From an uncultured Erythrobacter sp. (GTDB taxonomy: Bacteria > Pseudomonadota > Alphaproteobacteria > Sphingomonadales > Sphingomonadaceae), in the NCBI GenBank assembly GCA_947500645.1, contig CANMSD010000004.1, positions 151,093-215,092 of the forward strand: DNA of 64,000 nucleotides, in the 5' to 3' direction. A program made the position numbers and the translations under genes. Shown one piece after another: positions 9,745 through 18,724 of this stretch. Within the stretch, counting starts at the first letter, position 1. Each line of letters begins with the position of its first letter. The notes beneath the pieces were generated by a model. The model saw only the letters and a list, made by a program, of their open reading frames with translations. It had not been told where the DNA came from and ran no database searches.

Positions 9745-10585
9745 GGTGCTGTCAGTCTAATCGCAACTTGTCTCTGGTTCGCGCAGCTATCCCTTACCCG
9801 CTGTAAGGTCAGGCCATGAGGTTCTGCCACTCAGCCAGGGCGACTGAGCGGTTCGTTTTGTAAGTCTGTCTGTCGATTAGATGCCGGTCTTGGTTGAAGT
9901 GGTTGTGGACGTTGGCGTGGACCGAGGCAAACTTCTGCAAGCTCTTCATCTGCCTGAACCTTAACATCGCTCGCTCTCTTCGTCGGAATGGCAGGTGGCT
10001 GTTCTCAACCCTGTTATTCGCCCAGCGTCCCACCTCCTGCTTGTCGCTGTTGCCGAGTTCTCGCATCGCTGCTTTGTATGAAGTCAGACCATCAGTGGTG
10101 ATCTCACGTGGCGAGCCGTGCCGCTTCAGCGTCTTCCTCATGAACCGAAGCGCAGCCTTCTTGTCCCTTGTCTTTGTGACGTAGCTCTCCAGGATCTCGC
10201 CCTCCTGATCGACCGCGCGCCACAGGTAATGAAGCTCTCCGCCCACCTTTACATAGACCTCATCGAGGTGCCATTTCCATTGCCGGAAGCCCCGCATCCG
10301 GCTGACACGCTGGCGCTGCACATCGGCGGCAAACAAGGGACCGAACCGGTTCCACCAGTGCCGTACAGTCTCATGGCAGATGTCGATCCCGCGCTCCGCC
10401 AGCAGATCCTCGACGTTCCGCAGGCTCAGCGGAAAACGCACATACATCATGACCACCAAACGGATGATCTCGGGCGATGAATTGAAATAGCGAAACGGGC
10501 TGGCTGGTTTCTTGGGTCTTGGCATCGCCCTGCCCTAACCCAAGTGCTTCAGCCGTCAATCAGGTGCATTTGCTCTGACAACACC
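9745..10585 (-). mobile_element. IS6-family insertion sequence (841 bp)
   Basis: Imperfect terminal inverted repeats ggtgctgtcag (9745-9755) and ctgacaacacc (10575-10585) enclose a single transposase. No target duplication is visible. Confidence 0.88.
9809..10525 (-). CDS. IS6-family DDE transposase
   Basis: YVRFPLSLRNVEDLLAERGI, WHLDEVYV, YLWRAVD, ITTDG, NNRVENSH; the DDE triad is intact. Confidence 0.95.
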   Translation of the reverse strand: MPRPKKPASPFRYFNSSPEIIRLVVMMYVRFPLSLRNVEDLLAERGIDICHETVRHWWNRFGPLFAADVQRQRVSRMRGFRQWKWHLDEVYVKVGGELHYLWRAVDQEGEILESYVTKTRDKKAALRFMRKTLKRHGSPREITTDGLTSYKAAMRELGNSDKQEVGRWANNRVENSHLPFRRRERAMLRFRQMKSLQKFASVHANVHNHFNQDRHLIDRQTYKTNRSVALAEWQNLMA

Positions 10586-10747
10586 GAATCGCGCGTCACG
10601 ACATTGGAAGGTCGCGCTATCACCGGGCACAAGACCGACCGAGAGTTCGAGCACTACGCTGAGAAGGCAAATCAGGCCGACATGGCCGACCACGCGATGG
10701 CGAACCTTTCTGACAGGTTCGCCAAAAAAGGAGGAAAAAGTTCTTAA
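10586..10747 (+). pseudogene. C-terminal remnant of a tyrosine recombinase/integrase
   Basis: EGRAITGHKTDREFEHYAEKANQADMADHAMANL resembles the box II GH..Y tail of alphaproteobacterial integrases. It begins exactly at the IS end and stops 24 bp before the tRNA 3' end. Confidence 0.75.
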
Positions 10748-10770
10748 TACCAATGCTTTATCAGCAATGG

Positions 10771-10861
10771 TGGCGGAGCGGGTGGGATTCGAACCCACGA
10801 TACGGGGTTACCGTATACACACTTTCCAGGCGTGCGCCTTCGACCACTCGGCCACCGCTCC
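10771..10861 (-). tRNA. tRNA-Ser (anticodon GGA), 91 nt, CCA encoded
   Basis: Acceptor stem GGAGCGG/CCGCTCC, anticodon loop CT-GGA-AA, long variable arm, T loop TTCGAAT, 3' GCCA. Confidence 0.98.
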
Positions 10862-11089
10862 GCATGCCTGTATGGCAGGAAGCAGCGCCTCTAGCGGGGG
10901 AGAGGTGCCCGCGCAAGACGAAGTGCAGCGCAATCGCGCATCGCGGCAAAAAATGTGCTATCAGGAGTCGCATCAGGCAGCGCTGCGCGGACCAGCATTC
11001 CCTGCGAACGCTGCCACGAGAGCCCCTTTTCGCCCACAAAAACGCGTGAAAAGGGGCTTTTGCTTGTTTGGCTGTGGTGTGACGATCAC

Positions 11090-11167
11090 GCCACCCGCAC
11101 CCTCCACCCTTCCACCCGGATTGTGTCCCGGTAGGATCCGGGTGGAAGGGTGGAGGGTGCGGGTGGC
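11090..11167. repeat. Long palindromic element, family 1, copy A (32-bp perfect arms)
   Basis: GCCACCCGCACCCTCCACCCTTCCACCCGGAT, 14-nt loop, then its exact reverse complement. Confidence 0.9.
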
Positions 11168-11221
11168 AAGGCTTCAAAACAAATTTTTGGGCCTCAGATG
11201 CCGGCGTGGGTATCCGTCCGC

Positions 11222-11290
11222 TTTTCTATCCTCGCTCATGCGATCTGAAGATCGCGTCGCTGCGGGCGCGCTTGCGGCGCGGCGCGCCGA
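11222..11290. repeat. Intergenic repeat, family 2, copy a
   Basis: Shares tatcctcgctcatgcgatc (19/19), cgctgcgggcg and cttgcggcg with 42028-42111. Confidence 0.75.
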
Positions 11291-11342
11291 GTTCGCCTAA
11301 CTGCACTAGCTATCCAATGACAAGAATGGCAGACAGCGACGC

Positions 11343-12374
11343 ATGAACAAAGCCATCCTCGCCGCTGCTGCGCTGACCCTCGCCCTTCCCGCATCTGCTC
11401 AGGACGAACCAGAGGGAGCGCCTTCACCAAACCAGATCGTGGAAAGCGCCCCGCAAGAGGAATGGGTGACCATCCCGGCTGAGGATTTGCTGGTGATGAC
11501 GCTCGCACCAGACTCCAACGGCGACGAGCGCGAAGTCATCATCCAGCTGATGCCTGCGCCGTTCAGCCAAGGCTGGGTCGAGAACATCCGCACCCTCGCC
11601 CGCGCAAAATGGTATGACGATATCACCGTCAATCGCGTGCAGGACAATTACGTCGTGCAATGGGGCGATCCAGGATACGACAATCCGGAAAGCGGCGAGA
11701 CGGAAACCAAGCCGCTGCCCGATGGGCTGAAGGTGATGGGGGAAGATGAGTATCTCGCTGACTACGAGATTACCTACCGGATGCTGCGCAACAGACCCAC
11801 AGAAGTTGTCATGCGCCCGCCATATGTGAAGATTAAGGGCGACGACCCATATGGTGATACGGCGGTCTCATTGGGGTGGCCGGTGGGCCTGATCGAGGGC
11901 CGGAGTATGCGAGGCAATCGGATACTAAATCCGGAAAAGGGCCAGCTGTTTCCCGTCCATTGCTACGGCATGGTCGGTGTAGGGCGCGGGTATTCGCCAG
12001 ACACAGGCAGCGGAGCCGAGCTCTACACCGTGATTGGCCACGCACCGCGTCACCTGGACCGTAATATCGCGCTGGTCGGACGGATCATCAGCGGAATGGA
12101 GCACTTGTCGTCGCTTCCGCGCGGCTCAGGTACACTTGGCTTCTACACCGAGGAGGAGGCGGAGCTGCGCACGCCGATCCTGTCGGTCCGCGTGGCGAGC
12201 GACATTCCGGAGTTCCCTCAGCCCACGTTTGAATATCTCTCGACTGAAAGCGAGACCTTCGCCAAATATGCCGAGGCCCGCGCCAATCGCCGCGATCCGT
12301 TCTTTATCGTCCCGGCAGGCGGTGCGGACATTTGCAATATCCCGGTACCAGTGCGGCGGGTCGTGGGTGACTGA
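11343..12374 (+). CDS. Exported cyclophilin-type peptidyl-prolyl isomerase
   Basis: Signal peptide; RVQDNYVVQWGDP; HCYGMVGVGR; TVIGHAPRHLDRNIALVGRII. Confidence 0.85.
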   Translation: MNKAILAAAALTLALPASAQDEPEGAPSPNQIVESAPQEEWVTIPAEDLLVMTLAPDSNGDEREVIIQLMPAPFSQGWVENIRTLARAKWYDDITVNRVQDNYVVQWGDPGYDNPESGETETKPLPDGLKVMGEDEYLADYEITYRMLRNRPTEVVMRPPYVKIKGDDPYGDTAVSLGWPVGLIEGRSMRGNRILNPEKGQLFPVHCYGMVGVGRGYSPDTGSGAELYTVIGHAPRHLDRNIALVGRIISGMEHLSSLPRGSGTLGFYTEEEAELRTPILSVRVASDIPEFPQPTFEYLSTESETFAKYAEARANRRDPFFIVPAGGADICNIPVPVRRVVGD

Positions 12375-12702
12375 AACGCTGAGCGCCACCATCCCCTTGC
12401 GGCGCTGGCAAGGGGATCGGGGAACCTACCACCTCGTTACCGTGACAGGCGACGAGGCTGAAGCCATCGCGACCCACGCCGCGCTTCACCGCATGGAATT
12501 TGGCAAGCAGCGCGGTTTTGGATCGGTCAAGGTAGTAGCGACAATCGGTGAAACGGAATGGAAGACCTCGGTTTTCCCGATCAAGCTCGACGACATGTCG
12601 CGGCAGACCAAAAACTGGACCCTGCTGGTCAGCAAAAAGGTGATGCGCGCCGAAGACCTTGCCGAGGGCGATGAAGTCAGCGTCAAACTCGAATTGCTGT
12701 GA
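12367..12702 (+). CDS. DUF1905 domain protein
   Basis: GTG start overlaps the upstream stop. RGFGSVKVVATIGETEWKTSVFP and KKVMRAEDLAEGDEVSVKL are typical of the family. Confidence 0.8.
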   Translation: MTETLSATIPLRRWQGDRGTYHLVTVTGDEAEAIATHAALHRMEFGKQRGFGSVKVVATIGETEWKTSVFPIKLDDMSRQTKNWTLLVSKKVMRAEDLAEGDEVSVKLELL

Positions 12703-12709
12703 ACAAGGC

Positions 12710-14536
12710 CTAGGCTGCTTTCACATCGCCAACAAACTCGCGGGAGCTGCGGCGCACATCCTTGGTGAAGCGCGTGGCCTGCTCGCGCAGCGTATCGGCG
12801 TGGATTTCAAGCTCTTCAGCCGATGCCAGGACCTGATTAGAGGCCGCTCCGGTCGCCACAGATGCATCGCGCAGCTTGCCGATCTGCACCGCGACGCTCG
12901 ATGCGCCGCTGGCCGCCGTATCGATATTCCGCGCCAGGTCTTCGCCTGAAATCGACTGTTGATCGACCGCTGAGGCAATCAGGACAGCGACTGTCTCAAG
13001 TTCCTTGATCTGGTCCACGATAGAGCTGAGATCGCTCGCGCTCGAATTCGTGGAGGATTGCATTGCTCCGATCTTGTCGCTGACCGAACTGGTCGCATTT
13101 GCGGTTTGCGTGGCCAATTCCTTCACTTCGGAGGCGACAACGGCAAACCCACGCCCGGCCTCGCCGCCGCGCGCCGCCTCGATCGATGCGTTGAGCGCCA
13201 GCAGATTGGTGCGCTGAGCGATCGACTGGATCATCTCGACGATCTCGCCCACTTCCTCGGCCGCTTGCGACAGGTCGGACATTTTGGAATTGGCCGCGCC
13301 GACGAGCTCGCTCGCCTTGCGCGCCAGCTCGGCTGAATTGGTCGCCTGTTTGCTGATTTCGGCGATCGAGAGAGCAAATTCGTCGGTCGCCGCTGCAGCA
13401 GCGGTGACATTGCTGGTGGCAAGCTCGACCGCTTGCGAGGCCATGCCCGCTTCGCTCGCAGACTCTTCCGCCGACGAAGCAAGCGATTGCGATGTGCTCT
13501 TCAATTGCGCCGAAGCGGCGGCAACCGCCTCGATCAAGTCACCGACAGAGACATCAAAGCCATCGGCCAGCCCTTCGAGCATTTCGGTGCGCTCGGCGCG
13601 GATCTTGCGGGATTGCTCGTTGATCTCTTGCTGTTGGGAAAGCTCTTGCTCTGCCGCTTTTGCACGCTGCGCATTGATCGCGCTCAGTTCGAGCGAGTCC
13701 TGACGGAACACTTTGAGAGCGCGCGCCATCGCGCCAATCTCGTCACCCCTCTCACCATTGGGAATTTCCGCGCGATCATCGCCGCCTGCGATCCGTTCCA
13801 TCGCGTCGGTCATGGTGCGGACCACGCCAACAACTCTTTTGATCACAAGGCGGGTTCCGAAGAACGATGCAAAAACCGCCAGCACCAGCAAGGTAAGGAA
13901 GGCCATGATCGAGTTTTGGACGTCTTCCATCAGGGCGCCCGCCTTGCCGCTGACCACCTCATGCAGTTCATCGATGTAAGTGCCGAGGTCGAGCGAAAGC
14001 GCCCTGACATCCTCTTCCAAGCTAACGATCTGAGACGCGTCGGAAGCGGAGTCGAAGGATTCGAGACGCTCGTTGATGTCTTGAATGCGGGCGAGATAAC
14101 CCTCGAACGAGGCCCGAATGTCAGACGGGACGGCGTCGCCGCCGTAATCGAGCGCCAATTCGATATCGACCTGAGCGTCCCTTAGCCGTTCGGCACCGCG
14201 TTGAAGGCCTTCTTGCTGTCCACGGTCGGAAAAGTCACGCAAAGCGACGTGAGCGTCACCGACGGCCATGGTGGCGTGCCCGCCGCGCACTTCGGCGGAC
14301 GCAAGCACGGTCTGTTGATGGCCAGCATTGCCGAGATATGCGAGCCCGCCGAGGATCATGAGCGCCACAAGAAACAGCAAGGCGGCGTTGTTGAAGATCG
14401 CCAATCTCAGCTTCGCTGTGAACGATAGACGGTCCAGCAAGGGTGAGCTGGATGGAGCTACTGCGTCGCTAGCGATTGAATCATCGCTGATCGCCTCCGG
14501 CGAGGCTGGCTCGACCTCGTGTCCTGAATAACTCAA
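12710..14536 (-). CDS. Methyl-accepting chemotaxis protein
   Basis: Two TM segments, HAMP ([12 protein letters not shown]), signalling hairpin [34 protein letters not shown]. Confidence 0.95.
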   Translation of the reverse strand: MSYSGHEVEPASPEAISDDSIASDAVAPSSSPLLDRLSFTAKLRLAIFNNAALLFLVALMILGGLAYLGNAGHQQTVLASAEVRGGHATMAVGDAHVALRDFSDRGQQEGLQRGAERLRDAQVDIELALDYGGDAVPSDIRASFEGYLARIQDINERLESFDSASDASQIVSLEEDVRALSLDLGTYIDELHEVVSGKAGALMEDVQNSIMAFLTLLVLAVFASFFGTRLVIKRVVGVVRTMTDAMERIAGGDDRAEIPNGERGDEIGAMARALKVFRQDSLELSAINAQRAKAAEQELSQQQEINEQSRKIRAERTEMLEGLADGFDVSVGDLIEAVAAASAQLKSTSQSLASSAEESASEAGMASQAVELATSNVTAAAAATDEFALSIAEISKQATNSAELARKASELVGAANSKMSDLSQAAEEVGEIVEMIQSIAQRTNLLALNASIEAARGGEAGRGFAVVASEVKELATQTANATSSVSDKIGAMQSSTNSSASDLSSIVDQIKELETVAVLIASAVDQQSISGEDLARNIDTAASGASSVAVQIGKLRDASVATGAASNQVLASAEELEIHADTLREQATRFTKDVRRSSREFVGDVKAA

Positions 14537-14604
14537 CAGATTTTCCCCATACCGCCGCTTACGGACGCGTCTATTTATTCATATCGCGTAATACAGGCAT
14601 GGCT

Positions 14605-14631
14605 TTAACGACAGGTAAACTCCTGTTTAAC
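14605..14631. promoter_or_regulatory. CtrA-like binding site (three half-sites) upstream of the MCP
   Basis: TTAA-N7-TAAA-N7-TTAAC compared with the consensus TTAA-N7-TTAAC. Confidence 0.55.
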
Positions 14632-14670
14632 CATCGCATCCTTTGGCGTGGCAAGGTTTGAAGGCAAAAC

Positions 14671-15030
14671 TTAGATGCGCTGCATCAGCTCGATCCGATT
14701 GCCGAAGGGATCGCTCGCGAAGAAGCGCGAATAGCCCTCGACCGGCTTATCGTCGCTCGTTTCAATGCCTGCCTTTTCGAGCTTTGCGCGAAGACCAGCC
14801 AGATCATCGACCAGCAGAGCAGGATGTGCCTTTCGCGCCGGAACAAAATCCGGATCTACGCCAATATGCAAGTCCACCCCGCCCCGTTCGAACCAGCAGC
14901 CACTGGGCGACAGATTATCGGGCTTCGGCACTTCGTGCATGCCCAGAAGATCGGCGTAAAACGCGCGTGCCTTGTCCTCGCCGCCTTCAGGGATCGCGAT
15001 CTGGATGTGATCGAGCCCGATGATCGCCAT
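14671..15030 (-). CDS. VOC/glyoxalase family protein
   Basis: GLDHIQIAIP, FYADLLG, HPALLVDD, DPFGNRIELM. Confidence 0.9.
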   Translation of the reverse strand: MAIIGLDHIQIAIPEGGEDKARAFYADLLGMHEVPKPDNLSPSGCWFERGGVDLHIGVDPDFVPARKAHPALLVDDLAGLRAKLEKAGIETSDDKPVEGYSRFFASDPFGNRIELMQRI

Positions 15031-15044
15031 CCAATCGTCTTTCC

Positions 15045-17135
15045 CTAAATCCGCTCGGCCTGCGCCACCGCATCGCTGGCACGCAAGGCGCTCAGGATAC
15101 GGTTGAGGTGAGCCAGATCCTGCACCTCGGCATCGATCTCGTAAGTCGTGAAAGGATGATCGAGCTGGGTCTGGCTCAGGCTGCGGACATTCGTCTTGTT
15201 CTGGGCGAATATGCCAGCCATCTCGGCCAAAGTGCCGGTGCGATCATACAGCGTAACGCGCAATCGCCCGACCGCGCCGAGCGAGCGCTTGCCCCAGGAC
15301 AGGTCGAGCCAATCGGTGTCAATCCCACTCGCCAGCTCCAGGCAGTCGATAGCGTGCACCAGCACCGTCTCACCCATTCGCCGCAGGCCGACGATCCGAT
15401 CGCCCGGGACGGGATGGCAACAGGTCGCAAGCTCGAAGGCGACACCGGGGGTCAGGCCGCGGATCGAGATCGTGCGCTCGCGTTTGGACCAATCCTCGTC
15501 TTCTTCGAAATCGGCGGTGCACCCGGGCACCAGAGCTTCCATCACTTCGCGGTCAGTCAGCTTGGCTGCGCCAATGGCAAACATCAGGTCTTCCGGCCCG
15601 TCCATCTCCAGCCGTTCGATCGCCCCGCGAATGGCTTTCTTGCCGATCCGGGCGGGCACTTTGGACGCAATCTCGTCGAACAATTTGGAGCCAATAGCGG
15701 CGACTTCCGCCCGCTCCTTCAAACGCACTGCGCGGCGGATCGAAGCGCGCGCCTTGCCGGTTACGACAAAGCCCAGCCATGGTAATTGCGGCTCGGCATT
15801 CTCGCTTTTGATGATCTCAACCACATCACCGTTGTTGAGCGGTGTGCGCAGCGGCATGTGCCGCCCGTTGATCTTCGCACCAACCGTTTGCGCGCCCAGA
15901 TCGGTGTGCACGGCAAAGGCAAAATCGACCGAGGTGGCACCCTTGGGCAGCTGAAACAGCGCGCCCTTTGGGGTGAAGGCGAAGATACGGTCCTGATAGA
16001 TCGCCAGGCGGGTGTGCTCGAGCAGCTCCTCGGCATCGTGGCTGGCGTCGACGATCTCGATCAGGTCGCGCAGCCAGGCGACCTGCCCGTCGGCATTGTC
16101 GCTTTGCTTATAGGCCCAATGCGCGGCGAGCCCGAATTCGTTGCGGCTGTGCATTTCGCGGGTGCGGATCTGCACCTCCACCCGCATGGAATTCTCGTAC
16201 ATCAGCGAGGTGTGGAGTGAGCGATAGCCATTCGATTTCGGCGTCGAGATGTAGTCCTTGAACCGGCCGGGCAAGAACTGCCACGTCGTGTGCAGCACGC
16301 CCATCGCGGTGTAGCAATCGGCCTCGGTCTCGCAGATCACGCGAAAGGCCATGATATCGGTGACCTGTTCGAAGCTGACGTGACGTTCAGCCATCTTCTT
16401 CCAGATCGAATAGGGATGCTTCTCGCGGCCGGTCACCTCGACCTTAAGGCCCGCTTCGGCAAGCACCTGCTTCACCTTCAGCGCAATGGCGTCGACTTGG
16501 CCGCCATCCTGGCTGCGCAAATGCTCAAGCCGCTTGGTGATGGTGGTGTAGGCCTCCGGCTCAAGCTGTTCGAAGGCGAGCGCCTGCATCTCGCGCATAT
16601 ATTCGTACATGCCGATCCGCTCCGCCAGCGGCGCGTAGATATCCATCGTCTCGCGGGCAATACGCTGGCGCTTTTCCGGCTTCTTGATGAAGTGGAGCGT
16701 GCGCATATTGTGCAGCCGGTCCGCCAGCTTCACCAGCAGCACGCGAATGTCCTCGCTCATCGCCAGCAGGAATTTGCGCAGATTCTCCGCCGCCCGCTCA
16801 TTTTCGGGCATGGCTTCGATCTTGGAGAGCTTGGTCACCCCATCGACCAGCCGCGCAACGTCGGAACCGAAATGCTCCTCGATATCCTCGATGGTTGCCA
16901 GCGTGTCTTCAACCGTGTCGTGCAGCAGCGCGGTGATGATTGTCTGTTCATCCAGTTGCAGGTCGGTCATCAACCCGGCGACTTCGACCGGGTGCGAGAA
17001 ATAGGGGTCGCCGCTGGCGCGTTTTTGCGTGCCGTGTTTCTGCACGGTGTAGACATAGGCACGGTTGAGCGCCGCTTCGTCAGCGTCCGGGTCGTATTCC
17101 TTAACCCGCTCAACCAGTTCGTATTGCCTCAGCAT
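15045..17135 (-). CDS. spoT: Bifunctional (p)ppGpp synthetase/hydrolase (Rel/SpoT)
   Basis: HD domain (LLHDTVED, KLADRLHNMRT), synthetase (KDYISTPKSNGYRSLHT), TGS and ACT domains. Confidence 0.97.
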   Translation of the reverse strand: MLRQYELVERVKEYDPDADEAALNRAYVYTVQKHGTQKRASGDPYFSHPVEVAGLMTDLQLDEQTIITALLHDTVEDTLATIEDIEEHFGSDVARLVDGVTKLSKIEAMPENERAAENLRKFLLAMSEDIRVLLVKLADRLHNMRTLHFIKKPEKRQRIARETMDIYAPLAERIGMYEYMREMQALAFEQLEPEAYTTITKRLEHLRSQDGGQVDAIALKVKQVLAEAGLKVEVTGREKHPYSIWKKMAERHVSFEQVTDIMAFRVICETEADCYTAMGVLHTTWQFLPGRFKDYISTPKSNGYRSLHTSLMYENSMRVEVQIRTREMHSRNEFGLAAHWAYKQSDNADGQVAWLRDLIEIVDASHDAEELLEHTRLAIYQDRIFAFTPKGALFQLPKGATSVDFAFAVHTDLGAQTVGAKINGRHMPLRTPLNNGDVVEIIKSENAEPQLPWLGFVVTGKARASIRRAVRLKERAEVAAIGSKLFDEIASKVPARIGKKAIRGAIERLEMDGPEDLMFAIGAAKLTDREVMEALVPGCTADFEEDEDWSKRERTISIRGLTPGVAFELATCCHPVPGDRIVGLRRMGETVLVHAIDCLELASGIDTDWLDLSWGKRSLGAVGRLRVTLYDRTGTLAEMAGIFAQNKTNVRSLSQTQLDHPFTTYEIDAEVQDLAHLNRILSALRASDAVAQAERI

Positions 17136-17255
17136 CTATTGAATGTGCGCAGGAGCAGCGCTGAATGCAACGCTATTTTGCATCGCAGCAATCAATTCTC
17201 AAAACCTTGGGACTAGGCGCTTCGCAATCAAGCTTCGGGATTGAGGGACGCAAGA

Positions 17256-18656
17256 ATGAATATCGCCAAGAAACTGGGCGGCGCAGCTGCTGTTTTTGGA
17301 GCGCTGGCAGCGGCGGGCTGTCAAAAGGCGCCGGTCACGCCGGACAACCGGATGTGCGACTTTCGTACCATCAGCATGAGTGTCGGCGTGCCCGTCTCGC
17401 GCCCAGCCGACCTGGCGCGCCGCACCCCTTCCCCATTGGCGGCGGAGATCGAAACCAGCCTGCGTGCGCATGATCGCCTGCAATCGGGCGAGAAGGCGAG
17501 GCTGCTATCGCTTTCGGGCGGCAGCGAACATGGCGCCTATGGTGCGGGCATTCTCGCCGGATGGGGTGGAACTGGCAACCTCCCGGACTTTCAGGTGGTG
17601 ACCGGGATCAGCACCGGATCGATCCTCGCCACCTTTGCTTTCGCCAACGATGCCCAGGGCGCTGTCGCGGGTTATACGATCAATTCCGAGAGCGACCTGA
17701 TCAACGTCTATGCCAAGCCCGAAGATGGCAAGCCAGGCCCGGCTAATTACGCCAGCCTGCTGGAGCACGGATCGTTCGGCAACCTCGAACCTCTGCGAAA
17801 GCGGCTCCACACATTCATCACCGACGATGTGCTGCAAACGGTGGCAGAGCGGCATGCGGCGGGGGCGCGTCTGCTGGTAGGTGCAACCGACGCCGATAGC
17901 GGCGATGCGGTGGCGTTCGACCTCGGCGATATGGCGACACGCTATGTCAACACCGCGCCCGACGATGAAGGCAAGGCAAACCTCAGGGATTGCTATGTCA
18001 GCGCGATTATCGCCAGCTCATCGTCGCCCATCGCCGCCCCGCCCGCCTTCATCGACAACACCATGTATGTCGACGGCGGCCTGCGCTTTGGCCTATTCTC
18101 CGATTCCGTACTGGAGGCGTTCTTCCGCCGTCAGAACGGCCTCACCGATGCATATGAGTTCGAAGAGGAAGAGTCGGGTGAAGAGAACGCGCCGCTGCCG
18201 GTCCAGTCGCTCGCACCCGTGGTGTACGCTGTTATCGATGGTACACTGGAGCTGCCCAAGCGCCCCTGCCCCAAGAAGGACGCATCGCTTTGCACTGACG
18301 AGAAGCCACTCGGCGGTAAGGATGGTGCACACAAGGACTGGAACATCCTGCAACTCGCGCTCGATGCCGAACATATCCTCGTGAACGAGGTCTATCGCTT
18401 ATCCGCTCTCGCGGTCGAAGCCGATGCCTGCGAGGATGCGGGGTGCTTCAACTTCCTGCGGATCGAACAGGATGTGGACCAGTTCATGTATGGCTTGCCG
18501 GACAAGGACGGCGGGATCGAAATCCTGACGTGTCCGGCATGGAAAGGGGTCGATATCGAAACCGACGATCCGATCGAGTTTCACAAACGCTACATGCGTT
18601 GTCTGATTGCCTATGGCGAGGAGAAGGTGAACGCGGCCGGATGGGGCAAGAGCTAA
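17256..18656 (+). CDS. Patatin-like phospholipase, probable lipoprotein
   Basis: LSGGSEHGAYGAG, nucleophile motif GISTG, YVDGG; lipobox-like LAAAGC. Confidence 0.88.
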   Translation: MNIAKKLGGAAAVFGALAAAGCQKAPVTPDNRMCDFRTISMSVGVPVSRPADLARRTPSPLAAEIETSLRAHDRLQSGEKARLLSLSGGSEHGAYGAGILAGWGGTGNLPDFQVVTGISTGSILATFAFANDAQGAVAGYTINSESDLINVYAKPEDGKPGPANYASLLEHGSFGNLEPLRKRLHTFITDDVLQTVAERHAAGARLLVGATDADSGDAVAFDLGDMATRYVNTAPDDEGKANLRDCYVSAIIASSSSPIAAPPAFIDNTMYVDGGLRFGLFSDSVLEAFFRRQNGLTDAYEFEEEESGEENAPLPVQSLAPVVYAVIDGTLELPKRPCPKKDASLCTDEKPLGGKDGAHKDWNILQLALDAEHILVNEVYRLSALAVEADACEDAGCFNFLRIEQDVDQFMYGLPDKDGGIEILTCPAWKGVDIETDDPIEFHKRYMRCLIAYGEEKVNAAGWGKS

Positions 18657-18724
18657 TCCTTACTCGGGGATGTACCTAGACCCGCTCTAGACACTTGCAA
18701 ACCAGCTTCTGTCAGTTTGCGACG

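Noticed and set aside
10768-10773. tRNA-Ser gene followed by a second CCA (CCACCA)
   Set aside because: A CCACCA degradation tag is added enzymatically; one extra encoded triplet at an att junction is easily chance and would be trimmed.
17135-17256. spoT lacks an upstream rpoZ
   Set aside because: The rpoZ-spoT linkage is not universal and nothing here indicates a rearrangement scar.
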